From: a virus
IMG/VR virus record: IMGVR_UViG_2775507163_000001
Span: 2,155-66,154 of that record
DNA length: 64,000 bases
Direction: 5' to 3' (one strand)
How positions within the stretch are numbered: the stretch's first letter is position 1; every line of letters starts with the position of its first letter. Under the pieces are notes generated by a model. That model was not told the origin of the DNA and did not search any database. It was given only the letters and a program-made list of their open reading frames with translations. Shown in pieces: positions 36,808-46,859 of the stretch. The translations under genes were made by a program, and so were the position numbers.

Positions 36808-36862
36808 AAATACACTGCTTTTAGGGTGCAATATTGGCGAAATACACTGCTTTTAGGGTGCA
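36808..36862 (+). repeat. perfect 23-bp direct repeat
   Basis: AAATACACTGCTTTTAGGGTGCA at 36808-30 and 36840-62. Confidence 0.9.
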
Positions 36863-37791
36863 TCGTAAATTTAGCGATAAACACGATATATGGTGTCTAA
36901 ATGGCGTTAAATCAACGTTTATAACACTATATGTTGTGTTTATTGTGGTTGTTGGCTAAATCTATCCCTCTTAATCAGACTAAGACCTTGCGCCTCATTC
37001 GCTAACGCTCATTCGTCGCCACGATTCTTTTCTTATAAAGACCGTCGATAACAATACAATAATGGCAGTGGGACGGCTCGGCCGGCACACAAGGTTTTGA
37101 AGTCGTAAGACTTCTCGTTTATCATTGCGTACATATTTTCGTCAACATTTGCGCTATCAGTTGTCTATACGTTATGAAAGGTAATCCTTCGTAATGTTCC
37201 TTACGTAGATGAATTCGGACTGCTTAACGATAAGCATTGCGCACATATAAGCGCCATACATTACGCACATAATAACGTTGTACTATTATATAGAAGGAAC
37301 ACGGTATTAAACGGAATGGCAGCGGTAAGTTAACGTAAGCAAGGGCGCCTACTATTGCGGTAGGGTGAGGCTGTACTATCGCTAGGCTACCGAATAGCGC
37401 TCCGCATTAGCACGAAGCCACCAGCGGAGACGCCTCGGTCAAACTCACGGGGTTTGCTACGCAAATGGTGGAGCGGTGTCGAATAGTGGCGGGGCATACC
37501 TGGCGTAGCTACTCGGCAGCACGATCGGTACATATTCGCCAGCTCATCCGCCTTTATGCAATAACGACGGGAAATAATACGGCAATCAATCGTAGCCGCC
37601 CACTTAAAAGCCCGCCATATCAACGCTGCATAAAAAGATGCATGGCGTTATGATCTGCGTAATGATAAGGTGTTGATATCACGGCGTTTGTAACGGACAT
37701 AATTACGTCAAATCGTTATTTTACGTAATTATCTACGTATATTTATACGCCGGTATACATTGGCGGGCAGGTGGCGGTGGGCTAGTCCGTA

Positions 37792-37805
37792 CGAACAGTC
37801 GTTCG
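37792..37805. promoter_or_regulatory. candidate LexA (DinR) box
   Basis: CGAACAGTCGTTCG matches the Bacillus GAAC-N4-GTTC consensus with CG flanks. Confidence 0.4.
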
Positions 37806-38088
37806 ATTGTCCAAATTGCGTTAATTGTGCGAACAATACAAACAATTCTGACAATGTCGAAGGCTGTCGACCCCAAGCCTACCGTTCGACAAAGCAGAGA
37901 TAAGAGGTTTCGATTTCTAACCAAATTTTCAAAACCGACCCGTTGTTCTGAATGCCTAACGGAACACATTACGAAGGCGATTTCGCAAGAAGTCGTCTTT
38001 TTAGTGCGCGGATTTTCATTATCACTCCTATTATCTAGTGTATACGTTGTCCGAAACGGCAAACTAGCGCGTCAATATTTATATAAGG

Positions 38089-38117
38089 TGCGCGATTTCC
38101 GATTCTCGTGCGACATA
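38089..38117 (+). promoter_or_regulatory. phage-sigma promoter consensus copy before the HNH-terminase operon
   Basis: TGCGCGA-N13-TGCGACATA. Confidence 0.65.
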
Positions 38118-38227
38118 TTACATAGGCGGAATAGTTTCCGAATAGCTACCGAAAATGAACGCAGGACACTCCGACCACGTTTTCCGCCAATTAAAACATT
38201 CGGAGCACTAACGGAGGGTGATGACGT

Positions 38228-39049
38228 GTGTTAACGCAAAAGAAAAACGGTAAAGGTACGATTTACTTCGTTGACGAAAATGACGTAATAATCTCGAAAA
38301 CTTGTACGAAGTGTAACGAGATTAAAACGCTTGATTGTTTTGCGGAAAATAAAGAAGGGCTTGGAAATAGAAGGGCGAAGTGCCTCGGATGTCATAACAA
38401 AGTGTATGCGTCAACCAAGGACTACGACGTAAGGAAACTGACGAGAGTAGCGTTAGAAACACGCGACGGAATTTCCGGAAAAGAGTGTACAGTTTGCGGT
38501 AAATGGAGTGCGCTAGGTAACTTCGCGAAGGATAGCAGAGGATTAGGCGGAAGAGAATCTAGGTGCAAGACATGTGTCGCCAAGTTTGGTCGGAAATTGC
38601 GAGAGGCTAACAAAGAACAAGAAGCGGAACGTATTCGTACTTGGAGGAAAGCCAATCCTGAAAAGGAAGCACTAAAGAAACAACGTCGGCGCGCCCGTGA
38701 GAAGAACTTACCAGACAACTTTACGAAAGAGCAGATGTCAGCGACGTTTGATTATTTCGGAGGATGCGTCTTAACGGGGGATGTCACTAATATCGATTGG
38801 GACCATGCCGTACCATTAGCGACTGGCGAGGTCGGAACAACTTTCGGCAACATGATTCCGTTGAGGAGTGACTTAAACAAGTCGAAGAATGACTCGAACA
38901 TCTTTGAGTGGTTCGCTACAAATAAAGAACGCTTTAAATTATCGCAATCTAATTTTGATAGGCTCGTAGGGTGGCTCGCTGAAGCTAACGGTATGACTAT
39001 CGAAGAATATCGGGCATATGTTTATAAATGCTTTGAAAAAACGGCGTAG
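38228..39049 (+). CDS. HNH endonuclease (paralog of 11506..12408)
   Basis: Two CxxC zinc-finger repeats; WDHAVP...LRSDLNKSK. Confidence 0.8.
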   Translation: MLTQKKNGKGTIYFVDENDVIISKTCTKCNEIKTLDCFAENKEGLGNRRAKCLGCHNKVYASTKDYDVRKLTRVALETRDGISGKECTVCGKWSALGNFAKDSRGLGGRESRCKTCVAKFGRKLREANKEQEAERIRTWRKANPEKEALKKQRRRAREKNLPDNFTKEQMSATFDYFGGCVLTGDVTNIDWDHAVPLATGEVGTTFGNMIPLRSDLNKSKNDSNIFEWFATNKERFKLSQSNFDRLVGWLAEANGMTIEEYRAYVYKCFEKTA

Positions 39050-39070
39050 AGCGAAAACTCTACGCTTTTT
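39044..39070 (+). terminator. intrinsic terminator between HNH and terL
   Basis: GCGTAGAG-CGAAAA-CTCTACGC-TTTTT. Confidence 0.75.
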
Positions 39071-39103
39071 CTATACATAGTTTTCACGAAAGGAGGGCGC
39101 AAA

Positions 39104-40858
39104 ATGGCAATGGTGAATGGTGAGTGGTTGGAGCGCAAAGAACGTCAGCAACGTATTGAGTTATTGTCGGAACGTATTCGTAAATTGGCTACGCTAATTA
39201 AAGCGGATAAGGCAAACGATTATCATATTGAGTCATTCCGAAGCGATAAGCAAGAATTAACGAAGCTTAAAAGAGTTCATCGAGCGGAAGTTGATGTCGC
39301 TTATTTCTTTTACGAATATCTAAGCGATGGGGCTAATCCGGCGAACGAGGATAATGTTATACGTAATAGTGAAGACGGAACGCAGCATGATCCTATTGAG
39401 CTAATTGCGCCTATCCATCGGGACTTCTTTGAACACTGCGATTACGTTAACGAAGCGGAGCGAAACGCGCGTTTAGCAATAGCGGCGGCACGTGGTCACA
39501 ATAAATCCGGTACATTCTCAAACGGATTCCCTCTTCATCAGATAGTATTCAGGCGCCGAAAATATGTACTTCTCATATCCGAGACAGACTCACTCTCGAA
39601 AAAGTTAATCGGATGGGTAAATAAGCAACTGAAGTTTAACGCAAAGCTTCGAGAGGATTTCGGAGTATTGCTAAATGAGCGCAATCAGCAAAACGAAAAA
39701 GATAACGAGGAAGCATTTATCACACTATCTAATGCGTTAGTTGAGGCGTCGTCGTCTGGTAAACAGTTGCGTGGTAAAAGACACGGTGCTGTTCGTCCAG
39801 ATTTAGTTATAATTGATGACCCTTCCTCAATGAACAACGAAGGAACAAAAGAAGCGCGGGAAAAACTCGTACATTGGTTTAATAGTGTAGTCGTTCCAAT
39901 CGGAAGTAAAGCGACGGCCATCGTGCTAGTCGGAACAATGGTCAGCGCGACCGGACTTTTAAACCACGTACTGAAGCGGAAGGATTTCAAGTCCTCGTTT
40001 CACGGCGCGGTCATTAGCGAGCCGAGCAATCCGAAGTTATGGGACCAATATTGCGAAGTGTATGCGCGGGCCGACTCGATGGAAGAGGTCGACGAGTTCT
40101 ATAACGCAAATCGTGAGGCGCTGGAAGCCGGCATCGAACTGGCGTGGCCTTGGCGATGGACTTATCGCGCTCTGATGCACGAAAAGGTCAACATGGGAAC
40201 GCGGGCATACAATTCGGAGTATCGGAACCTGGCGTTCAGCGAAGACGAGCAGTTCTTCTTTCCGGAAAACTATGCGAAGTATCACTATTACTACGAAAAT
40301 GATCGAGCGTTTGTTGTTTACGAAGATATGCGAATACCTCTCAGCGACTTATTCATTGTCGGCGCATGGGATATCGCTATGGGGAAGAATAAACGGTCGG
40401 ATTATAACGCAATCATCATCGTCGGTAAGCACGCGCCTACCGGCTTAATTTTTGTGCTTGACGAATATGCGACTAAAGAGCAGCCTCACACGCTTATCGA
40501 CGTCTGTATCGAAAAGATAAAGAAGTTTAACGTGCGAATCTTCAGCGTTGAGACGATTAACGCTTATCACGAATTCTATCGGCAGTTACAGGAGAAGGCG
40601 CGGGTTGAAGGCGTTTATAAATGCCGGATTAATGACGTTAAGGGGCACGGAAGCAGTAAGGAACAGCGGATTGAGTCGCTGGAGCCTATTTTGCATAATA
40701 AAACGCTGATTCTTAACGACAGACACACGATGCTACTTGACCAAATGGCGCAATATCCGTTCGCTGATTTTGACGATCTTTTAGATGGAACTCAAATGGC
40801 GGTAAATAGCATCTTTAAACCGAAATCAAGAGTCGCAGTAAAACCGAAATGGTTATAG
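39104..40858 (+). CDS. terL: terminase large subunit
   Basis: AAARGHNKS Walker A, DLVIIDD Walker B, GAWDIA and DDLLDG nuclease motifs. Confidence 0.9.
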   Translation: MAMVNGEWLERKERQQRIELLSERIRKLATLIKADKANDYHIESFRSDKQELTKLKRVHRAEVDVAYFFYEYLSDGANPANEDNVIRNSEDGTQHDPIELIAPIHRDFFEHCDYVNEAERNARLAIAAARGHNKSGTFSNGFPLHQIVFRRRKYVLLISETDSLSKKLIGWVNKQLKFNAKLREDFGVLLNERNQQNEKDNEEAFITLSNALVEASSSGKQLRGKRHGAVRPDLVIIDDPSSMNNEGTKEAREKLVHWFNSVVVPIGSKATAIVLVGTMVSATGLLNHVLKRKDFKSSFHGAVISEPSNPKLWDQYCEVYARADSMEEVDEFYNANREALEAGIELAWPWRWTYRALMHEKVNMGTRAYNSEYRNLAFSEDEQFFFPENYAKYHYYYENDRAFVVYEDMRIPLSDLFIVGAWDIAMGKNKRSDYNAIIIVGKHAPTGLIFVLDEYATKEQPHTLIDVCIEKIKKFNVRIFSVETINAYHEFYRQLQEKARVEGVYKCRINDVKGHGSSKEQRIESLEPILHNKTLILNDRHTMLLDQMAQYPFADFDDLLDGTQMAVNSIFKPKSRVAVKPKWL

Positions 40859-40864
40859 AGAGGA

Positions 40865-41311
40865 GTGGAGCAAATGTCAAATAACAAACTAAAAGCGCTC
40901 GAAGCGAAGTTAACAGAGCAACAAAAGAAAGCGGCCTATATGCTCGTTGAGAACGACTTAAAGTCGAACAAAGACCCGTTAAAGCTAACGTATGAGCAAA
41001 TCGCTGAAGAAGTCGGCGTATCATATAAAACGATCTGGAGCTGGCGGACTCAGAATCGCAATTTTATCGCATATAAGAACGAAATCTCTGACGATTTCCT
41101 CAGCGACAAACGTTCGCGAGTATACGGGCAATTATTGAAGCTTATCGAAGGCGAACAGCCGAGCGTAAAGGCGATTGACCTGTTTATGCGTAGATTCGGA
41201 CTACTTACGGAGAAACAAGTTATTACAACAGAAGAAAACGGCGGTTCACGTAGCAATGACGACTTAGCGAAGGAACTCGCAGAACTAGACGACTTATTAA
41301 ACGAGGATTAA
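40865..41311 (+). CDS. HTH protein, probable terminase small subunit
   Basis: LTYEQIAEEVGVSYKTIWSWR, SVKAIDLFMRRFGLL; between terL and portal. Confidence 0.7.
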   Translation: MEQMSNNKLKALEAKLTEQQKKAAYMLVENDLKSNKDPLKLTYEQIAEEVGVSYKTIWSWRTQNRNFIAYKNEISDDFLSDKRSRVYGQLLKLIEGEQPSVKAIDLFMRRFGLLTEKQVITTEENGGSRSNDDLAKELAELDDLLNED

Positions 41312-41330
41312 ACGGAAGGAGGTGTGCGAC

Positions 41331-42923
41331 TTGGGCTTATTTTGGAAAGGCAAAGCCGAGCTCGACAAAGTTAACGAGTATACGTCGGTATATACGTTCA
41401 ACGCGTTTCAGCCTGGCGAACAGTTTCCGCCAGTTGCTGACCGAGAACGTATCTCGAAGTATAAGCGGTTGAAAAAATTATTTCAAGGCAAGCAGGCCGA
41501 AGTATACGAGCGAGCGTCGAAGCTATTAAAAGATACGCCACACGCGAGCCAGCTTGAGCAGTTATATATTGCGGTCAATATTTCAGATATTTTGGTGACC
41601 AAACCAAGTGACCTACTTGTAGGCGAACCACCGAGCTTTGAATCGGGATTGCCCGACAGTAGCGAAGAACAAAAGGCGGTTAATCGGTATGTAGAAGAAA
41701 ACGATCTTGTTAAATTGGTACACGAAAGCGCGATTGGTAACGGCTATCGCGGCGACGCTTGGATTAAGACGCGGTACGGCTATCGTCAAGATTTTTCTGA
41801 AGTGATACAACGAGGCGGAACTATTCCGGCCGGAATCGAAATGGAGCCGATAATTGAGCATGTCAATGCCGAGTTCGTCTTTCCGGAGACATCGCGCGGT
41901 AATGTGAAATCGTTTAAGGCAGTCAATATCTGCACGGTCGAATATGTCATCGACGGCAAGACAGAAAAGCCGTTCCTAAATGTCGAGCGACACATTCCAG
42001 GATATATCATCTATGAACGCTATCGTTTGTTCGAATTTGAGGGCGGAATTGACACGCGTTGGGGGTATCCGTTGCAAATATTCACAATCGGCGAAAGAGT
42101 AGCGACAGGACGCGAAGAAGACACTGTGGAAACTGGCGTTCCTCATTTACTCGTCCATCACATCCCATATAAATCGGTCGACGACGATTGGGAAGGCGTT
42201 AGCGGGCTTGAAAAACTTGAGTCGTTGTTGGCGGCGATTAATGATCGTTTAGTATCACTTGATTTCATACTTATGAAGCACAGCGACCCGACGGCTTACG
42301 GACCTGAGTTAGACGGAAGTGGAGACAACGTTCGGTTAAGCGGAGCGTACATTCCGATGACAAAGGAAGACGCCACTCCGGGATATATGACTTGGGACGG
42401 ACAACTAAACTCAGCGTTTAAAGAATTAGAAGTTTTAATATCGCTAGTCTTTCAGATTTCAGAAACACCACAGTGGCTATTCGGTACCGTTCTAGGCGAA
42501 AACAGCGGTGGAACTGGAACTAGTCATACAGATAGTGCTTCGATTAAGGCGCGTTTTCTACCGATCCTTTCCAAAGTAAACCGGATTCGAACTCATTACG
42601 ATAAAGCAATTAGAGACGCATTGTGGACGTGTCAACTTTTAGATGTCGCGCACGGAGAAGCCAACTTTGAACCTGTTTACCCTACGATTGCTTGGAAAGA
42701 CGGAATTCCGGTCAACGAGAAGGAACAAGCGGAAATTATGCAACTTAGAACGCAGAAACCTACATTAGACGTCAAGAGCGCGATCAAACGCCAGGATAAC
42801 GTGGATGATATGCAAGCAGACGAAATCATGCGTCGAATTGAAGAGGACGAAAAGAACGCGAATGGAGTCGTTGATTCTAGCATTTTTAACGGAAATGGAG
42901 CGGCGCAAGGCGGTGGTAACTAA
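41331..42923 (+). CDS. portal protein (SPP1 gp6-like)
   Basis: Position and size about 530 aa; AAGGAGGTG RBS before TTG 41331. Confidence 0.85.
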   Translation: MGLFWKGKAELDKVNEYTSVYTFNAFQPGEQFPPVADRERISKYKRLKKLFQGKQAEVYERASKLLKDTPHASQLEQLYIAVNISDILVTKPSDLLVGEPPSFESGLPDSSEEQKAVNRYVEENDLVKLVHESAIGNGYRGDAWIKTRYGYRQDFSEVIQRGGTIPAGIEMEPIIEHVNAEFVFPETSRGNVKSFKAVNICTVEYVIDGKTEKPFLNVERHIPGYIIYERYRLFEFEGGIDTRWGYPLQIFTIGERVATGREEDTVETGVPHLLVHHIPYKSVDDDWEGVSGLEKLESLLAAINDRLVSLDFILMKHSDPTAYGPELDGSGDNVRLSGAYIPMTKEDATPGYMTWDGQLNSAFKELEVLISLVFQISETPQWLFGTVLGENSGGTGTSHTDSASIKARFLPILSKVNRIRTHYDKAIRDALWTCQLLDVAHGEANFEPVYPTIAWKDGIPVNEKEQAEIMQLRTQKPTLDVKSAIKRQDNVDDMQADEIMRRIEEDEKNANGVVDSSIFNGNGAAQGGGN

Positions 42924-43741
42924 TGCCGAATTACGACGCTCAGACCGAGGCACTAGTCCGCGAGTATAAGTTAGCCGTTGAGCGCATTAAAGCGGAACTT
43001 GACCGTTTCGACTTAACGGACTTCCGGCGTGCTAATTCAATGGCTACGCTAAAATCAATCAGCGAAATTCTCTCTGCTCTAAACGACGAATCAGCGAAGT
43101 GGGTAGAGACTAACATTCCGATTGCGGCCCGAGCTGGTGTTGCTGATGCAATAGTGGCGCTTGGCGTAGTAAGTACGGTTTCCGAAGCGCAGCAGATCGT
43201 CAAGTTTAACCGAGTTAATGCTGAGCTGGTGAAAGCGGCCATTGCCGACACTCAAGCCGACCTGCTCGCTGTTACGCAAAATATTGATAGGAAAGTTCGG
43301 GCGACGGTGCGCCAGGTAGCTTCGGAGTCTATGCGACAGAACCTAGCGCAGGGGATTAACGGCAGGCGGACCATGAACGCCGACACGCTTAGTGGCTTAC
43401 GGGCAAAGCTAGGCGACGCGGTAAATACCGGAATCATTGACGCAAGTGGGCGTAGGTGGCGTCCGGAGGTTTACGTGGATATGGTAACGCGAACAAAGAT
43501 GATGCGAATAACCACCGAGGCAACAATTAACGAGGCGGTACAACGAGAAGCGTATTACGGGGTCATTTCGAGTCATGGCGCAAAGGACTTGTGCCGGAAT
43601 TGGGAAGGTAGAACGGTTAAGTTAGTCGACGAAGCACCGGGCGACTATCCATACTACGGCAACTTACCTAACCGCGAGATATTTCATCCGAATTGCAAGC
43701 ATTCAATTTCGCCAGTTAGAGATCCCGAGAGATACAACTAA
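42923..43741 (+). CDS. minor capsid/head morphogenesis protein
   Basis: GRRWRPEVYVDMVTRT, SSHGAKDLC, FHPNCKH. Confidence 0.8.
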   Translation: MPNYDAQTEALVREYKLAVERIKAELDRFDLTDFRRANSMATLKSISEILSALNDESAKWVETNIPIAARAGVADAIVALGVVSTVSEAQQIVKFNRVNAELVKAAIADTQADLLAVTQNIDRKVRATVRQVASESMRQNLAQGINGRRTMNADTLSGLRAKLGDAVNTGIIDASGRRWRPEVYVDMVTRTKMMRITTEATINEAVQREAYYGVISSHGAKDLCRNWEGRTVKLVDEAPGDYPYYGNLPNREIFHPNCKHSISPVRDPERYN

Positions 43742-43744
43742 CTA

Positions 43745-44170
43745 CTACATTAACGAAGAAATTTCGCGGTAACTCTTTTCGTCACAACGAATATGGAGCG
43801 CCACTTCTTCGTTTGTTTCCGGATTAATTAAATAAACGAATGCTTTAGAGCGGTCGCGTTTCCGTCCGCCAATTGCGGCGCCGGCAATCGTACCTAGTGG
43901 TCCAGCGACCATTGTTCCGATTATTGCTCCACCGGCAGCTTTACCTGCGCTGCGAGTAGCGGATTCTTCCCATTCGATTCCGTCTAGCATCCAGGTATTC
44001 TTTGTTAAAAACGGTATTTGAATTACGACTTTACCACGTTCTCCACTATCGATCATAAAGGCATTGCGGATAGCTGTAGGCATTTCTTTTCCGGATAAAT
44101 TTATATCATTTCCACCTGAAAGAATATCGAGGTTGATTTTACGTTTAAATGCGTCTTTGAAAAAGCCCAT
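43745..44170 (-). CDS. counter-oriented glycine-zipper protein (moron)
   Basis: GGAGG RBS, AT-rich upstream with TATAAT boxes; AAGGAIIGTMVAGPLGTIAGAAIGG. Confidence 0.7.
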   Translation of the reverse strand: MGFFKDAFKRKINLDILSGGNDINLSGKEMPTAIRNAFMIDSGERGKVVIQIPFLTKNTWMLDGIEWEESATRSAGKAAGGAIIGTMVAGPLGTIAGAAIGGRKRDRSKAFVYLINPETNEEVALHIRCDEKSYREISSLM

Positions 44171-44349
44171 TTTAAAATGACCTCCGTTTTATATTATAGG
44201 TTAATTTTACCTTATTTTACAGTATGCACACAACTATAAAATTATAACGCAAATGACGAATTAAAACGCAATTGTCCGAACGTTAAGACGTAAAAAGAAA
44301 CGGATGTATTAAATTAATGAGCGACGGCTCTCAAACGGAGGTTAATAAC

Positions 44350-45012
44350 ATGAGTGAAGAATTAAATCAAAATCCTGAAGTAGTTACCGAAAATCCTACG
44401 GTTGAGGAACCGGAAAATAAACCAGAAGTAAAAACGGTAACGATGACACAAGATGAACTAAATGCACTAATCAGTAAGGAAAAAGGTCGTGTTAAAAGTA
44501 AATATGCGGACTACGACGACATCAAAACGAAGGCATCCGAATATGAAAAAGCGCTGGAAGAAAAACGCCTTGCTGAGTTAAGCGAAAAAGAACGTCTTGA
44601 GGAAATTGCAAAGAAATACGATGAAGAAAAGCAGTCGTTAGCGAAGGAACTCGAATTATTACGTGAGAGTAATAAGAACGAGAAAATCCGAAATGCTTTT
44701 ATTACTAAGGCGCAAGCAGCCGGAATTGGCTACGTAGACGATGCGTACCAACTTTCTTCGAAACTACTATCCGCGGTTAAGGTAGATGAAGAGGGGGTAC
44801 ACGGTGTCGACGAAATCATATCCGAACTGATTACAAATAAACCGTTTTTACTTGCGCAAACCAAGAAGCAACAAAAACCAATTGGGGAGCCGTCTAATAA
44901 TTCTGTTAATGAGGAAATTAAGACACTAGAGGCGCAGTTAGCGGATGCTAAGAAAGCGAAGAACTTCGCTAAAGTAATTGAGTTAAGTAATTTAATAGCT
45001 AGTAAGAAATAA
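44350..45012 (+). CDS. capsid scaffolding protein
   Basis: MTQDELNALISKEK, YADYDDIK, coiled coil, KPFL; before the MCP. Confidence 0.85.
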   Translation: MSEELNQNPEVVTENPTVEEPENKPEVKTVTMTQDELNALISKEKGRVKSKYADYDDIKTKASEYEKALEEKRLAELSEKERLEEIAKKYDEEKQSLAKELELLRESNKNEKIRNAFITKAQAAGIGYVDDAYQLSSKLLSAVKVDEEGVHGVDEIISELITNKPFLLAQTKKQQKPIGEPSNNSVNEEIKTLEAQLADAKKAKNFAKVIELSNLIASKK

Positions 45013-45078
45013 GTCGCCTAAAAAAGGTGACTTTATTTAATTTAACCTAAAAATATATTAAATGGAGGAATACAAACA

Positions 45079-46203
45079 ATGCCAGTAAACACTTATAGTT
45101 TCCAAAACCAAGTACGTCAATTACAAGAAGGAATCTCAATGATCATCAACGATGAGCCAACACTTTTAGGCTTGATTGGACTAAGCGGAGAGCCGTTGTT
45201 CCAAACGAAATTCGAATGGATGTCTGACAACCTAAACTCTAACCGTGCTAACCTTGCGGCTAACCTAGACGCAGTAGCAACAACTTTTAACGTTGCATCA
45301 GGCGACGGTTCTAAATTCCGGGTTAACGCACTTTTAGTATTAGACGATGAGTACATGAAGGTAACTGCGGTAGCTGGAGATGCAATTACTGTAGTACGTG
45401 GATTTGACGGAACAACAGCCGCAACACACACTGCTGCTTCATCTGAAATTCGTATCGTAGCACGTCCGCAATTAGAAGGCGCAGGCGTAGGTCAAGATGA
45501 GTCACACGATCGCTATGTTGATTACAACGTAACTCAAATTTTCGAGCGTTACGCTTCAGTATCTAATACTCAACAAGCAGTCCGCACTTACAACGTTTCT
45601 GACGAACTTAATTACCAAGTTCAACTTCGTTTGAAAGAACTTGCTCGTGAATTCAACGATGCGTTAATTTACGGTCGTCGTATTGATGCAGGCGGTTCAC
45701 AGCCAAGAATGACTGGCGGTCTATTAAACTTCGCAAATCTTAAAAGCTCAGTAAAGCAGAACTTAGCTGGCGGAGAAGTTACAGCGAAAGTAGTAAATGA
45801 CGCGCTTGAGCAAGTATACCAACGTGGCGGTAACGTAAATACAATTCTTACTAACACTGCTGGTGCTCGTCAATTCTCTAAATTGCTTGGCGACAAAATT
45901 CAAATCCAACGCCAAGATACTACTCGCGGAGGATACGTTGCAACATTCGTTTCTGACATCGTAGGCGGCGACATGGCTACTATCGTAGTTGATAAGAATA
46001 TGCCGAAAGATAAAGTTGTACTGTTCGACCGTTCAATCTTATCTATGCACGCTCTAAACGGACGCTCTTTATACGATGTAGACGCAACAGTTGCAGGCGC
46101 TGACTTTGTTGCTCGCCAGATTCGTGGAGAATACGGCGTTAAAGTTATGAACGCGAAAGAAAAAATTGCAGTCCTTGAGAACGTAAGCAAAACTGTATCT
46201 TAA
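45079..46203 (+). CDS. major capsid protein
   Basis: 374 aa after the scaffold; EWMSDNL, NVTQIF, RMTGGL, GEYG motifs of DUF5309/SU10-type MCPs. Confidence 0.85.
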   Translation: MPVNTYSFQNQVRQLQEGISMIINDEPTLLGLIGLSGEPLFQTKFEWMSDNLNSNRANLAANLDAVATTFNVASGDGSKFRVNALLVLDDEYMKVTAVAGDAITVVRGFDGTTAATHTAASSEIRIVARPQLEGAGVGQDESHDRYVDYNVTQIFERYASVSNTQQAVRTYNVSDELNYQVQLRLKELAREFNDALIYGRRIDAGGSQPRMTGGLLNFANLKSSVKQNLAGGEVTAKVVNDALEQVYQRGGNVNTILTNTAGARQFSKLLGDKIQIQRQDTTRGGYVATFVSDIVGGDMATIVVDKNMPKDKVVLFDRSILSMHALNGRSLYDVDATVAGADFVARQIRGEYGVKVMNAKEKIAVLENVSKTVS

Positions 46204-46220
46204 TAATCGGAGGGATTTAG

Positions 46221-46457
46221 ATGGCGAAGTATAAAGCGGAGCCTTTCTATTCCGTCCACTCCAGCGCCGGCATAATTCATTTCGATCATGTCGGCGAATA
46301 TGAAACTATTAACGAGGGTGAAATCGCGGTTCTTTCCGGATTATGCCCTCGTTATTTAATTTGTGTGGACGAAGGAAAAGCGAAAGTGGATGAACCAAAG
46401 AAAGCGGAGGAAGCGCCGAAGCCGAAAGCGCCAGCGAAGAAATCCTCCGGCAAATAG
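46221..46457 (+). CDS. small head-associated protein
   Basis: Follows the MCP; K/P-rich tail. Confidence 0.65.
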   Translation: MAKYKAEPFYSVHSSAGIIHFDHVGEYETINEGEIAVLSGLCPRYLICVDEGKAKVDEPKKAEEAPKPKAPAKKSSGK

Positions 46458-46469
46458 GAGGCGATTTAA

Positions 46470-46859
46470 TTGGCGGTAAACGTATTCGAAGCGGACTCTT
46501 ATATTGAGGAAAACGTAATTGTAATTGAGGATTGGACGGACAGCGACGACTCCAAAAAGCAGCGGCTATTAAACGTGGGGCTATCAACGTTGAACCGGGT
46601 CTATCCGAGCTATACGATTCCTGACAACGCGGTGTATGAGTATGCGGCAGTATTGGCGCGAGCTTTTAACGATACAAATATTCAGAAGCAAAACGGAGTT
46701 AAGACGTTCGCAGTGGCGGGCATTCAATTTACGTTTGACGGCGGCAAAGATTCGCTCGAGTCACTGATTCCTACTACAGCCATCGACTTAATTTCGAAAG
46801 AAAACGGTGTGTCGTTAGGCGGTAGCGGTGGCAAGCGCGTGAAATGGACGGTGTTGTAA
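46470..46859 (+). CDS. head-tail adaptor
   Basis: AVYEYA, GVKTFAVAGIQFTF; position. Confidence 0.65.
   Translation: MAVNVFEADSYIEENVIVIEDWTDSDDSKKQRLLNVGLSTLNRVYPSYTIPDNAVYEYAAVLARAFNDTNIQKQNGVKTFAVAGIQFTFDGGKDSLESLIPTTAIDLISKENGVSLGGSGGKRVKWTVL

Noticed and set aside
36808-36862. CRISPR mini-array, with 18236..19207 as Cas4
   Set aside because: Only two repeats with a 9-nt spacer and no cas operon; the nuclease sits in a replication/recombination context
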